Source of the DNA: an uncultured Elstera sp. | GTDB lineage: Bacteria; Pseudomonadota; Alphaproteobacteria; Elsterales; Elsteraceae | DNA length: 64,000 nt | Reading direction: 5' to 3' | Assembly (NCBI GenBank): GCA_964576605.1 | Contig: CAZNVY010000004.1 | Location: 2,741-66,740, forward strand | In this document: positions 1-8,144 of the stretch, piece after piece | Layout: each line of letters opens with the position of its first letter | Numbering within the stretch: the first letter of the stretch is position 1 | The notes under the pieces: model-generated | The model's input: only the letters and a program-made list of their open reading frames with translations | Databases searched by the model: none | Told to the model about the DNA's origin: nothing | Program-made: the position numbers and the translations under genes

Positions 1-330
1 GCGAAGAAAGCGTCAGAAGCGCTCTTCTCCGGCGCGATCCAAGGGCTGCCGGTGGCGACCCTGCTGGAAATCTTTGCCGATGTTCCTGCCGTCAGCCTGC
101 CGCGCGAAAAGCTCGCCGAGGGCGTGGCGTTGACGGATCTTCTGACTGAAACCGGCCTCACGGCCTCGAAGGGCGATGCCCGCCGCCAGCTTCAGCAAGG
201 GGCCGTGCGCCTGAATGGCGGCGAGCCGGTGTCGGGCGAACCCGTACTGACCGCCAATGATTTCATCGATGGGCAGGTGCTGGTGCTGCGCAAGGGGAAG
301 AAGAGCTACGGGTTGGTGAGGGTCGCCTAA
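1..330 (+). CDS. tyrS: Tyrosyl-tRNA synthetase, C-terminal part (S4-like domain), truncated by window edge
   Basis: Frame 1 is open from base 1; LLTETGLTASKGDARRQLQQGAVRLNG...VLRKGKKSY is the TyrRS S4-like tail. Confidence 0.9.
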   Translation, partial: AKKASEALFSGAIQGLPVATLLEIFADVPAVSLPREKLAEGVALTDLLTETGLTASKGDARRQLQQGAVRLNGGEPVSGEPVLTANDFIDGQVLVLRKGKKSYGLVRVA

Positions 331-403
331 CGTATTTCGGTATGAAAACCCTTCCCCTTATGCGAGCATCACGTCGCGTTTCTACATAGGGGAAGGAATA
401 ATC

Positions 404-916
404 ATGCGGGTTGCGATTGTCGCGCTGGTGGCGGGCTTGGGCTATGGCAGTGCAGCGGCGGCGTGCGGGCTTCCGGCCTGGAGCGCCACTGTGCCGCCCG
501 TGAATCAGGAGCATATTTTCTGCGGGGAGATTGCCGCGGGTGGGGCCGTGAAAGGCTATCACTCCGCAACCGTGGTACCACCGGGGGCCGGGCAGACGGT
601 GACGGGAATCGCCGGGATTGCGCCGCGCCCCACCCCTGGCCTGTACGATGCCAGGGCGACCTTTCGCAATGGCGCGACGAAATTTTCGACCTTTTTTCCG
701 AACGGCTGTTCCCAGGCCCAGATTGTGACCTCGGTTCTCTATGCCTATAGTCATAACGGCGGCCCGGTGGCCCCTTGGGGGATTTCCGGCATGTCCGCCC
801 CGCCGACAGGGGGCGCGATCTATTGCCTGGATGCGACTGGCCAGCCCTTTGAAATTCGGATGGGCACCCTGGGGGCTGGCGGCGGTTTGCGAATCAATAC
901 CGCCTTCCCACGGTAG
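404..916 (+). CDS. Exported bacterial EndoU-family ribonuclease
   Basis: Signal-peptide-like N-terminus (MRVAIVALVAGLGYGSAAAA); EndoU motifs EHIFCGE (H37), GYH (H53), KFSTFFP (K93) and C-terminal INTAFP; RBS AAGGA upstream. Confidence 0.75.
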   Translation: MRVAIVALVAGLGYGSAAAACGLPAWSATVPPVNQEHIFCGEIAAGGAVKGYHSATVVPPGAGQTVTGIAGIAPRPTPGLYDARATFRNGATKFSTFFPNGCSQAQIVTSVLYAYSHNGGPVAPWGISGMSAPPTGGAIYCLDATGQPFEIRMGTLGAGGGLRINTAFPR

Positions 917-933
917 AAGAGAAGGGAGGCAGC

Positions 934-1251
934 GTGGCGACACCGGCCTTTCACCCTCAGCGTGATGCGGATGGCCGCCTAATCCTGCGCGGGGTTGGGG
1001 TGCCGCCGCTACTGGCCGATTTTTTTGAGACCGACATCGGTCTCTATCAATCCCGCGCCGATGATATGATCGCCGCCCTAGCCGCCCCGCCGGAACAAGA
1101 GGCCCGGTTTTTCGGCAATCTCTACGAAGCGCGGGTTATGGTGGCGACAGTAGAAATCGTTAATCTGTTCGACGAAACTCAGCGTTTAAGCGTCCCGCGC
1201 GCCGATTTTGCGCGGGCGCTTACCCTATGGCGCGCGGCGCTATTGGGCTGA
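934..1251 (+). CDS. Small cytoplasmic protein, YacL/UPF0231-like; candidate EndoU inhibitor
   Basis: 105 aa, GTG start with GGAGG RBS, 17 bp after the EndoU stop; pattern FFETDI...GN.Y....VEIVNLFDE....F..AL..W; no signal peptide. Confidence 0.55.
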   Translation: MATPAFHPQRDADGRLILRGVGVPPLLADFFETDIGLYQSRADDMIAALAAPPEQEARFFGNLYEARVMVATVEIVNLFDETQRLSVPRADFARALTLWRAALLG

Positions 1252-2499
1252 AGCGGGGTGCGCGGCGGCGGTCAGGTCCTGAAACCAGTCGCGGTCCCGA
1301 AAACTCTCCACGCCGGGTAAGGTTAGCAGTACGGCGGGTTCGGGCAAGTCCTGACAATCTTCGAGGGCGATGCGGGCTGCGGCCTCATCGCCCAGCAAGG
1401 CATGGACGATGGCTTCATGGAACGTATGCCGGTGTCCGCGAACAATCGCCGCGTCGCGATACTGGGCCAGTGCGTCGGCGAAATGCAGATCGGCCTCGCC
1501 ATCGCGGACTAAGCGAGCGTGCAGCAGGTGCGCATTTCCAAGCGTGATAAGCAAACCCGCGTCGCGCCGGTCGGTCATCTCCACCGCCTCGCGAAGCCGC
1601 CCTAGGGCCACGAAAAGCAGCCGGGCAGCATTCTGATCCTCCACATAGCCCGCAAGCTCGATCAGCGTCTTGCCGTGCAGCACTCGGTTTTCTGGAGCGT
1701 CTGGCAGCAGGGTTGCCGCGTCATTTGCCAGCAGGCTGGCCTGTTTAATGAGGGCGAAGGCCGCCGCCTCATCCCCAATCGTCTGCGCCCCCAGCAGCAG
1801 CATTTGGGCCAGATCGGGGATGGATTTGCGCAGTTCAGGCAGTTTCGGCACCGCCGCGCGCAGCAGGGTTACGAGCCGCTTGAGGCGGGCATCCACCATT
1901 TCTGGGTCCAGCCGGGCGCTCACTTGCAGGACATCGAGCAGGGGCATCAGCGTGACGACCTGCATCGGCGCGGCCTTATAGCGGGCTTCAGCCGCCGCAA
2001 GCTCGTCGTCGATTGCATCCAGCGTTTCGCCAGTCACCTGATTTTGGCTCGCCTCGACCAGGGCCAGCAGCAGCCGTGCCTGGGTAAGAGCCAAGCGGTT
2101 GAGCGCCTTATCCAGGGCCTGGGCTTTTGCGAGCGCTGCGGCGGCACCGCGTAAGAGTTCGGGTAACGGCTGGCCGCCCCCTTCGGCGATCCGCATGAGG
2201 GCGATGCCCATCGCCTGCCACAGCCGACCATCGTCGGGCGCAAGGTCGAGTGCGCTATGCAGCATTTCTTCCGCCGCCTCGAAGGCGCGGTGATCGTCAA
2301 GCTCGGCTGCGACCAACAGCAGCGCGGCACGCAACCCTAGGGTTAGCGCCGGGCTGCCGGTGGCCTTTGCCAGCCTTTCTACCCGCTGTTTCGCCGCTTC
2401 CAGACTGGGTTCCTGCTCCAGCGCCGCGCGGGTCAGTTCCAGTAGGCTTCCCGTTTCCAGATGTGGGGCTGGGATCGGCCACAGCAGCAGGGTAGACAT
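1240..2499 (-). CDS. TPR-like alpha-helical repeat protein
   Basis: 419 aa, Ala/Leu-rich, with TPR-like units (ALDLAPDDGRLWQAMGIAL, LITLGNAHL) and a C-terminal capping segment (AIVHALLGD..AA...L...SFRDRDWF). Confidence 0.6.
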   Translation of the reverse strand: MSTLLLWPIPAPHLETGSLLELTRAALEQEPSLEAAKQRVERLAKATGSPALTLGLRAALLLVAAELDDHRAFEAAEEMLHSALDLAPDDGRLWQAMGIALMRIAEGGGQPLPELLRGAAAALAKAQALDKALNRLALTQARLLLALVEASQNQVTGETLDAIDDELAAAEARYKAAPMQVVTLMPLLDVLQVSARLDPEMVDARLKRLVTLLRAAVPKLPELRKSIPDLAQMLLLGAQTIGDEAAAFALIKQASLLANDAATLLPDAPENRVLHGKTLIELAGYVEDQNAARLLFVALGRLREAVEMTDRRDAGLLITLGNAHLLHARLVRDGEADLHFADALAQYRDAAIVRGHRHTFHEAIVHALLGDEAAARIALEDCQDLPEPAVLLTLPGVESFRDRDWFQDLTAAAHPASAQ

Positions 2500-2506
2500 C
2501 GTTGGA

Positions 2507-3151
2507 TTAATGCTCCGTCGGCTCCCAGGGCAGCGGCACTTCCGCTTCAGTCCCCAGCAGGCGGCAGAGGGTAATCAGATCGGCTTCGGTGGTATCGGGG
2601 CTTTTGTGGAGTTCCGGAATCGGCAGGAAGCGGCCATCTTCCGGCAGATCGCAGAGGGTGCTGAGAAGTTCTGCCGGTTCATCCAGCCCTTCATGGTCGA
2701 TCCCATTGAGGTAATCGAGGCAGACGGCCAGCAGATCGGCAAAATCCTCGTCCGACTCAAAAACCTCCGAAATATCGGCGGCATCGATGGTCACATAGGG
2801 CAGACCGCAGGCGCGTAAAACCTGGATCAGCAGATCCTTATGATTGGCCAGGCTGCCGCGGCCGGGATAGGCGGCTTCCAGGCGCGGGACGGTTCTTTCC
2901 AAGCGGGCGATCGCATCTTCTACCTTGGCGAGCGGGGCGGTAAGCTGTGTCACATCCTCCTCCTCGCCCTCGCCATCGGTGCCGACCATTTCGGCCTGAT
3001 ACAATTGTTCCGGGCCGAAAAGGCACAGCCACAGCAGCGGAATATTCTCCTCATCAACGGCCAAGGCCTTGATGGTGATGCCGTCATCGGCTTCCGGGCT
3101 TGGGTAGATCGTTTCTTGATCGCAGGCGAGCAGGAACGCGGCGCGGGCCAT
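2507..3151 (-). CDS. Acidic hypothetical protein
   Basis: ATG at 3151 with AAGGA RBS; Asp/Glu-rich; ends 7 bp before the TPR gene start, so probably one operon. Confidence 0.6.
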   Translation of the reverse strand: MARAAFLLACDQETIYPSPEADDGITIKALAVDEENIPLLWLCLFGPEQLYQAEMVGTDGEGEEEDVTQLTAPLAKVEDAIARLERTVPRLEAAYPGRGSLANHKDLLIQVLRACGLPYVTIDAADISEVFESDEDFADLLAVCLDYLNGIDHEGLDEPAELLSTLCDLPEDGRFLPIPELHKSPDTTEADLITLCRLLGTEAEVPLPWEPTEH

Positions 3152-3240
3152 GACAGGTCCTTTCAGGCGGATAAGATGCGGCAACCATAAGGGAAAGCGC
3201 CGGGGCTGGATAGGGCTGAGAAGGTTTAGCAGCCCAAAAC

Positions 3241-3276
3241 AAAACCGCCGCAGCGGTTTCCCACAGCGGCGGTTTT
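3241..3276. terminator. Intrinsic terminator-like hairpin downstream of tRNA-Pro
   Basis: AAAACCGCCGC ... GCGGCGGTTTT inverted repeat with A/T tails on both sides. Confidence 0.7.
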
Positions 3277-3280
3277 GGTT

Positions 3281-3357
3281 TGGTCGGAGTGAGAGGATTC
3301 GAACCTCCGCTCTCTTGCTCCCGAAGCAAGCGCTTTACCAGGCTAAGCTACACTCCG
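3281..3357 (-). tRNA. tRNA-Pro(CGG)
   Basis: Reverse complement CGGAGTGTAGCTTAGCCTGGTAAAGCG CTTGC TT CGG GA GCAAG ... GGTTCGAATCC ... CTCCGACCA folds as a cloverleaf; CCA encoded. Confidence 0.97.
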
Positions 3358-3419
3358 TCAGAATATCACCCCGGTTTTCGCGGGGGAGGGCGGCTGTATA
3401 GCGCCCCCGCGCAAGAGCG

Positions 3420-4436
3420 TCAATACCCCCGCGCCACGGCAAAATCGATGGCTTCCATCAGACTGCTTCGGATCGGCAAAGCTGGGAAGCGCGATAGGGC
3501 GGCTTTAGCGGTATCCCCGACCTGCCGCGCCCGTTCGACCGTCTCGCGGATGGTGCCGTATTTTTCCATCAGCGCTTGTGCGGTCGCAAGGTCGGCGTCG
3601 GTTTGATCGAGATCTTCGATGGTCCGGTGCCAGAAAGCCCGTTCCTCGGTGGTCCCACGCGCATAGGCCAGAATGACCGGCAGCGTCAGCTTGCCTTCGC
3701 GGAAATCATCCCCCACGGTCTTTCCCAGTGCGGCTTGGCTCGCGGCATAATCCAAGGCGTCGTCGATCAGCTGGAAAGCAACGCCCAGCTGCGTGCCGAA
3801 ATGCCGCAGGGCGGCGGCATCGTCTTCCGGTCGGTCGGCGACGACGGCCCCCACCTCGGCTGCGGCGGCGAAGAGTACGGCGGTCTTGGCGCTAATGACC
3901 TCCAGATACCGGGCCTCGTCGGTTTCAAGATCGCCGGTGGTCAGCAGTTGATGCACCTCCCCCTCGGCAATCACCGCCGACGCATTGGCCAAGATCGCCA
4001 GCACGCGCAGCGATCCATCTTCCACCATCAATTGGAAGGCGCGGGAGAACAGAAAATCGCCAACCAAGACGCTCGATTTATTGCCGAAAATCGCATTGGC
4101 CGACGCGGCCCCGCGGCGCAGCTGGCTTTCGTCGACCACATCATCATGCAGCAGGGTGGCGGTATGGATGAACTCGACGCAGGCCGCGAGTTTTTGGTGA
4201 CGGGTGCCGCGGTAGCCGCAAAGCTGTGCCGCCGCTAACGTAATGAGGGGGCGCAGTCGCTTGCCCCCGGCGGCGATCAGGTGGCTGGCGAGCTGCGGGA
4301 TCAGCGCGACCGGGCTTTGCATCCGATCCAGAATGATCTGGTTGACGGCGGCCATATCCTCCGCCACCAGGGCGACGAGCGGGTCCAGGGACGGCGCGGT
4401 CGGGGGCGTATCGGTCGAGGGCATGGGTCGGGTCAT
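3420..4436 (-). CDS. ispB: Long-chain polyprenyl diphosphate synthase (octa/decaprenyl)
   Basis: GGKRLRP, FARM LLHDDVVD..RRG, SARM FQLIDDALD, GKTVGDDFREGK. Confidence 0.93.
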   Translation of the reverse strand: MTRPMPSTDTPPTAPSLDPLVALVAEDMAAVNQIILDRMQSPVALIPQLASHLIAAGGKRLRPLITLAAAQLCGYRGTRHQKLAACVEFIHTATLLHDDVVDESQLRRGAASANAIFGNKSSVLVGDFLFSRAFQLMVEDGSLRVLAILANASAVIAEGEVHQLLTTGDLETDEARYLEVISAKTAVLFAAAAEVGAVVADRPEDDAAALRHFGTQLGVAFQLIDDALDYAASQAALGKTVGDDFREGKLTLPVILAYARGTTEERAFWHRTIEDLDQTDADLATAQALMEKYGTIRETVERARQVGDTAKAALSRFPALPIRSSLMEAIDFAVARGY

Positions 4437-4610
4437 GATAGCGCGTCAATCCGTCCTTCGGTCGGGCCTCAAGGCAAGGGCGCGTCTCGACGGGCGCGCC
4501 AGAACCCCTTAGTCTTAAGAGAAGATCCTAGCGGCGGGAGCATAGGCGGCGCACCCGTCCGGTCAAGTCCGATTCCCAGGATCCCCCGGCGACAAAGGTA
4601 AGTCTTTCTC

Positions 4611-5357
4611 GTGTTAAGCCCAATTTCCCTAACCGAAACCCCCTTTTACGGCGGGCTTTTGCGCCTGCGACAACCGGAAAGCGGGTATCGCGCGGCCATT
4701 GATCCGGTGCTGCTCGCCGCTAGCTTGGCCCCGCGCCCTGGCAGTATTTGGTTGGAGTTCGGGTGCGGCGTTGGCACCGCCAGCCTTTGTCTGCTCGCCC
4801 GCTGTCCAGAGGTTTCGGTTATTGGGGTGGAGATCGATCCGGTGCTAGCGGCGCTGGCCCGCGAGAATGCCGCCCTGAATGGGATGGCGGAGCGGTTTCA
4901 GGTAATCGTCGGCGATGTGGCCCAGCTCGATCCGGCAGTTCTGCCCACCATTGCCGGGATTTTTATCAATCCGCCGTTCCATGATCCGAGCGCTAGCCCC
5001 TCGCCCGATGGTCGGCGGGCGCGGGCCACCCATGGTGCCCTCTTGGCCGATTGGGTCGCGCGTGCCGCTCGCGTGCTGCCGCATAAGGGTGAGCTTGCCT
5101 TAATTTATCGCGCCGATGGGCTGGCGACCATTCTGGCGGCTTTAGCCGCAGCGCGCCCCAGCTTTGGCGGGGTACAGATTTTCCCGCTCTGGCCCCGATC
5201 TGGGGTTCCAGCTAAACGTTTGCTGGTATCTGCCCGACAGGGAAGCCGCGCGCCGCTTACCTTAGGGCAAGGGGTGCTGCTTCATAGTGACAAAGGCGGG
5301 TATACGGCGGAGGTTGATGCAATTTTAAGGGGGAAATCCCCGCTTCCTATGGCATAA
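4611..5357 (+). CDS. tRNA1(Val) A37 N6-methyltransferase-like (YfiC/TrmN6)
   Basis: GYRAAIDPVLLA, SAM motif EFGCGVG, NPPF; the usual divergent neighbour of ispB in alphaproteobacteria. Confidence 0.85.
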   Translation: MLSPISLTETPFYGGLLRLRQPESGYRAAIDPVLLAASLAPRPGSIWLEFGCGVGTASLCLLARCPEVSVIGVEIDPVLAALARENAALNGMAERFQVIVGDVAQLDPAVLPTIAGIFINPPFHDPSASPSPDGRRARATHGALLADWVARAARVLPHKGELALIYRADGLATILAALAAARPSFGGVQIFPLWPRSGVPAKRLLVSARQGSRAPLTLGQGVLLHSDKGGYTAEVDAILRGKSPLPMA

Positions 5358-5440
5358 TCCGCCGACGTCGACTGTTTGTGTACTTGACGGGGCGCGGTGG
5401 CTGGGATTGAACTGGGTTTTTACAGGAATCGAGCGGAATA

Positions 5441-6856
5441 ATGCGGGCTGATACTGTAGCGCAGGGGCAGGGCATGGCGGGTTTCGCGCGGGACGCTCTC
5501 TCCCCTTCGCTGCGTGCTCAGGCTTGGGCCACCCTATCGCTGGCCTTTCCGATCATCATCGGTCAATTGGCCCTGGTGAGCATGAACCTGGTGGCAACCC
5601 TATTGTTGGGCCGGATCGGGACCGAGGCGATGGCCGCCGGGGCGCTCGGCAATGCGTTTTTCTTCTCCCTGGCGGTTATCACTAACGGGGTTCTATCGTC
5701 CACCGGCGTTATGGTCGCCCAGGCCGAAGGACAGGGGGAGCCGCTGCGCGCGGCGGGCTATGCCCAACGCAGTCTGCTGCTGGCGGTGCTGCTGGCGGTT
5801 CCTGCCGCGGGGTTACTCTATGCCGCCCCGTGGTTCTTGGCGGCGATTGGGCAGGCACCAAGCTTGGTGGGGCTGGCGGGGGAGTATCTGGGGGCTATGG
5901 CGATTGCCATTATCCCCTACGCAATGGTTATGGCCTTGCGCTATTTCCTGGCGGCGATCGAACGGCCTCTTATGGGGACGGTGACGGCGATTTTTGGGGT
6001 TGGGGTGGAGTTTCTGGTCGGTCGCGCGCTGCTCGATGGTTGGTTTGGCGCACCGATGGGCGTTGCCGGGGTTGGCCTTGCCGTTGCAGCGGGTTGCCTC
6101 GCCATGTTGGCGGGAATGCTGTTGTACATTGGCGTATCGCGCGCGGTGGTTCCCTATGGGCTATTCCGCCGTAAGCAGGGACAGCCGGGGCAGATGGACG
6201 ATCTTTGGCGGATTGGCTGGCCGATGGGGGTCGCGTTTGGCGCAGAAACCCTGTTCTTCATGCTAACCACGACCCTGGCGGGGTTTTTCACCGGGGCAGA
6301 GGTGGCGGCCCATAGCATCGGGTATCAGAGCATCACCACGGCCTTCATGATCGCCGTCGGCCTCTCGCACGCCACGATGGTGCGGGTTGCGCGCGCGGCG
6401 GGGGAAGGCGATCTGACGGCGGTGCGGCGCATTGGTTGGGCGGGCATTGCTCTCGGCTGGCTGGGCATGGGCGGGACCGGGTTGGTGCTGGCCCTCGGCG
6501 GGCGCTGGATTGCGGCGGGGTTTCTCGATCCCGCCATGGGCGATGCGGCCCGCGTTTTCGATTTCGCCGCGCCGCTGCTGGTGATTGCTGCCCTATTCCA
6601 ATTATTCGACGGGACCCAGGCAATTGCTGCAGGAGCCTTGCGGGGCCTGAAAGACTCGCGCGGGCCGATGGTGATCGGGCTGATTGCCTATTGGCCAATC
6701 GGCATGGCGAGTGGTGCGCTGCTGGCCTTTGGGCTGGAGTTGCGCTTGATCGGCCTCTGGAGTGGGCTTGCCTTAGGCCTTGCCGTTGCGGCCCTAGCGC
6801 TGACCCTGCGCTTCCATTGGAAATCGCGACGCTTGCCAGACCCGGCGAAAGCGTGA
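5441..6856 (+). CDS. MATE family efflux transporter (NorM-like)
   Basis: About 12 hydrophobic segments; LAFPIIIGQLA, AAHSI, FQLFDGTQAIAAGALRGLKD. Confidence 0.9.
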   Translation: MRADTVAQGQGMAGFARDALSPSLRAQAWATLSLAFPIIIGQLALVSMNLVATLLLGRIGTEAMAAGALGNAFFFSLAVITNGVLSSTGVMVAQAEGQGEPLRAAGYAQRSLLLAVLLAVPAAGLLYAAPWFLAAIGQAPSLVGLAGEYLGAMAIAIIPYAMVMALRYFLAAIERPLMGTVTAIFGVGVEFLVGRALLDGWFGAPMGVAGVGLAVAAGCLAMLAGMLLYIGVSRAVVPYGLFRRKQGQPGQMDDLWRIGWPMGVAFGAETLFFMLTTTLAGFFTGAEVAAHSIGYQSITTAFMIAVGLSHATMVRVARAAGEGDLTAVRRIGWAGIALGWLGMGGTGLVLALGGRWIAAGFLDPAMGDAARVFDFAAPLLVIAALFQLFDGTQAIAAGALRGLKDSRGPMVIGLIAYWPIGMASGALLAFGLELRLIGLWSGLALGLAVAALALTLRFHWKSRRLPDPAKA

Positions 6857-6868
6857 AAACTGCGTGCC

Positions 6869-7126
6869 ATGTTCGGGTTCACGCTTGGAAAACTGCTGGT
6901 TCTGATTCTGGCCTGCATTGCGGGCTGGGTCATTTTGACCAAACTGCGGGCTATTCCGCCCGGTGGGCGGCGTCCGCCGGTACCGGAGCCGCCGAAATCC
7001 CCGCCTGGCCCTGTCGAAAGCGCAGGTCAGATGGAAGATTTGCGCAAGTGCACCTTCTGCGACATTTACGTGCCGGTGCGGAATGCCCGCTCCTGCGGGC
7101 GGTCCAACTGCCCGCACGCGCCGTAA
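6869..7126 (+). CDS. Small membrane-anchored protein with C-terminal Cys4 knuckle
   Basis: N-terminal TM helix, Pro-rich linker, CTFC...C....C. Confidence 0.65.
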   Translation: MFGFTLGKLLVLILACIAGWVILTKLRAIPPGGRRPPVPEPPKSPPGPVESAGQMEDLRKCTFCDIYVPVRNARSCGRSNCPHAP

Positions 7127-7251
7127 ACCGCTTAAACCGGCCAATTCGTTTCGGGTGCAACGCCGAAAACCTGCGGCACGGCGCTTGATTCGCCAAGGGT
7201 CGGCAGACTAAGGTGCGCGCGTTTTTCGCTGTGTCACCGAAAGGTCATAGG

Positions 7252-8127
7252 ATGGCGTCGCGCCCGCTTCCGTTTCAGTCGCTGATCCTGACGCTGCAGA
7301 GCTTTTGGGCAAGCCAAGGCTGCGCCCTATTGCAGCCCTATGATGTGGAGGTTGGCGCGGGTACGTTCCATCCGGCGACCACGCTGCGTACCCTGGGGCC
7401 GGAAACCTGGAATGTTGCTTACGTTCAGCCCTCGCGCCGCCCGACCGATGGGCGCTATGGCGAGAACCCCAACCGCTTGCAGCATTATTATCAGTTCCAG
7501 GTGATCCTGAAGCCGTCGCCGGTCGATCCGCAGGCCCTGTATCTTGAAAGCCTGAAGGCGCTGGGCATCGATCCCGCCCTGCACGATATTCGCTTTGTCG
7601 AGGACGATTGGGAAAGCCCGACTCTGGGTGCCTGGGGCCTTGGCTGGGAAGTCTGGTGCGACGGGATGGAAGTCACCCAGTTCACCTACTTCCAGCAGGT
7701 GGGCGGCATCGAAGCCAATCCGGTCTGCGCCGAACTGACCTATGGGCTGGAACGCCTCGCTATGTACGTCCAGGGCGTCGAGAACGTCTATGATCTCGAC
7801 TGGAACGGCGTCGAGGGGCCGGGGCGCAAGACCTATGGCGACGTCTTCTTGGAAAACGAGAAGCAGTTCAGCGCCTATAACTTCGAGCACGCCAATACCG
7901 AGGTGCTGTTCCGCCACTTCCTCGAAGCCGAAGCGGAATGCCAGAAGCTGCTGGCGGCAAACCTGCCGCTGCCCGCCTATGACCAAGCGATCAAAGCCAG
8001 CCATACCTTCAACCTGCTCGATGCGCGCGGGGTGATCTCGGTCACCGAACGCGCTGCCTATATCGGCCGGGTGCGCGCCCTCTCGAAAGGGTGTTGCGAA
8101 GGCTGGCTTGCGGCGCGTAGCGCCTAA
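7252..8127 (+). CDS. glyQ: Glycine-tRNA ligase alpha subunit
   Basis: [49 protein letters not shown]. Confidence 0.98.
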   Translation: MASRPLPFQSLILTLQSFWASQGCALLQPYDVEVGAGTFHPATTLRTLGPETWNVAYVQPSRRPTDGRYGENPNRLQHYYQFQVILKPSPVDPQALYLESLKALGIDPALHDIRFVEDDWESPTLGAWGLGWEVWCDGMEVTQFTYFQQVGGIEANPVCAELTYGLERLAMYVQGVENVYDLDWNGVEGPGRKTYGDVFLENEKQFSAYNFEHANTEVLFRHFLEAEAECQKLLAANLPLPAYDQAIKASHTFNLLDARGVISVTERAAYIGRVRALSKGCCEGWLAARSA

Positions 8128-8144
8128 TGCGTCAGGATCAGATT

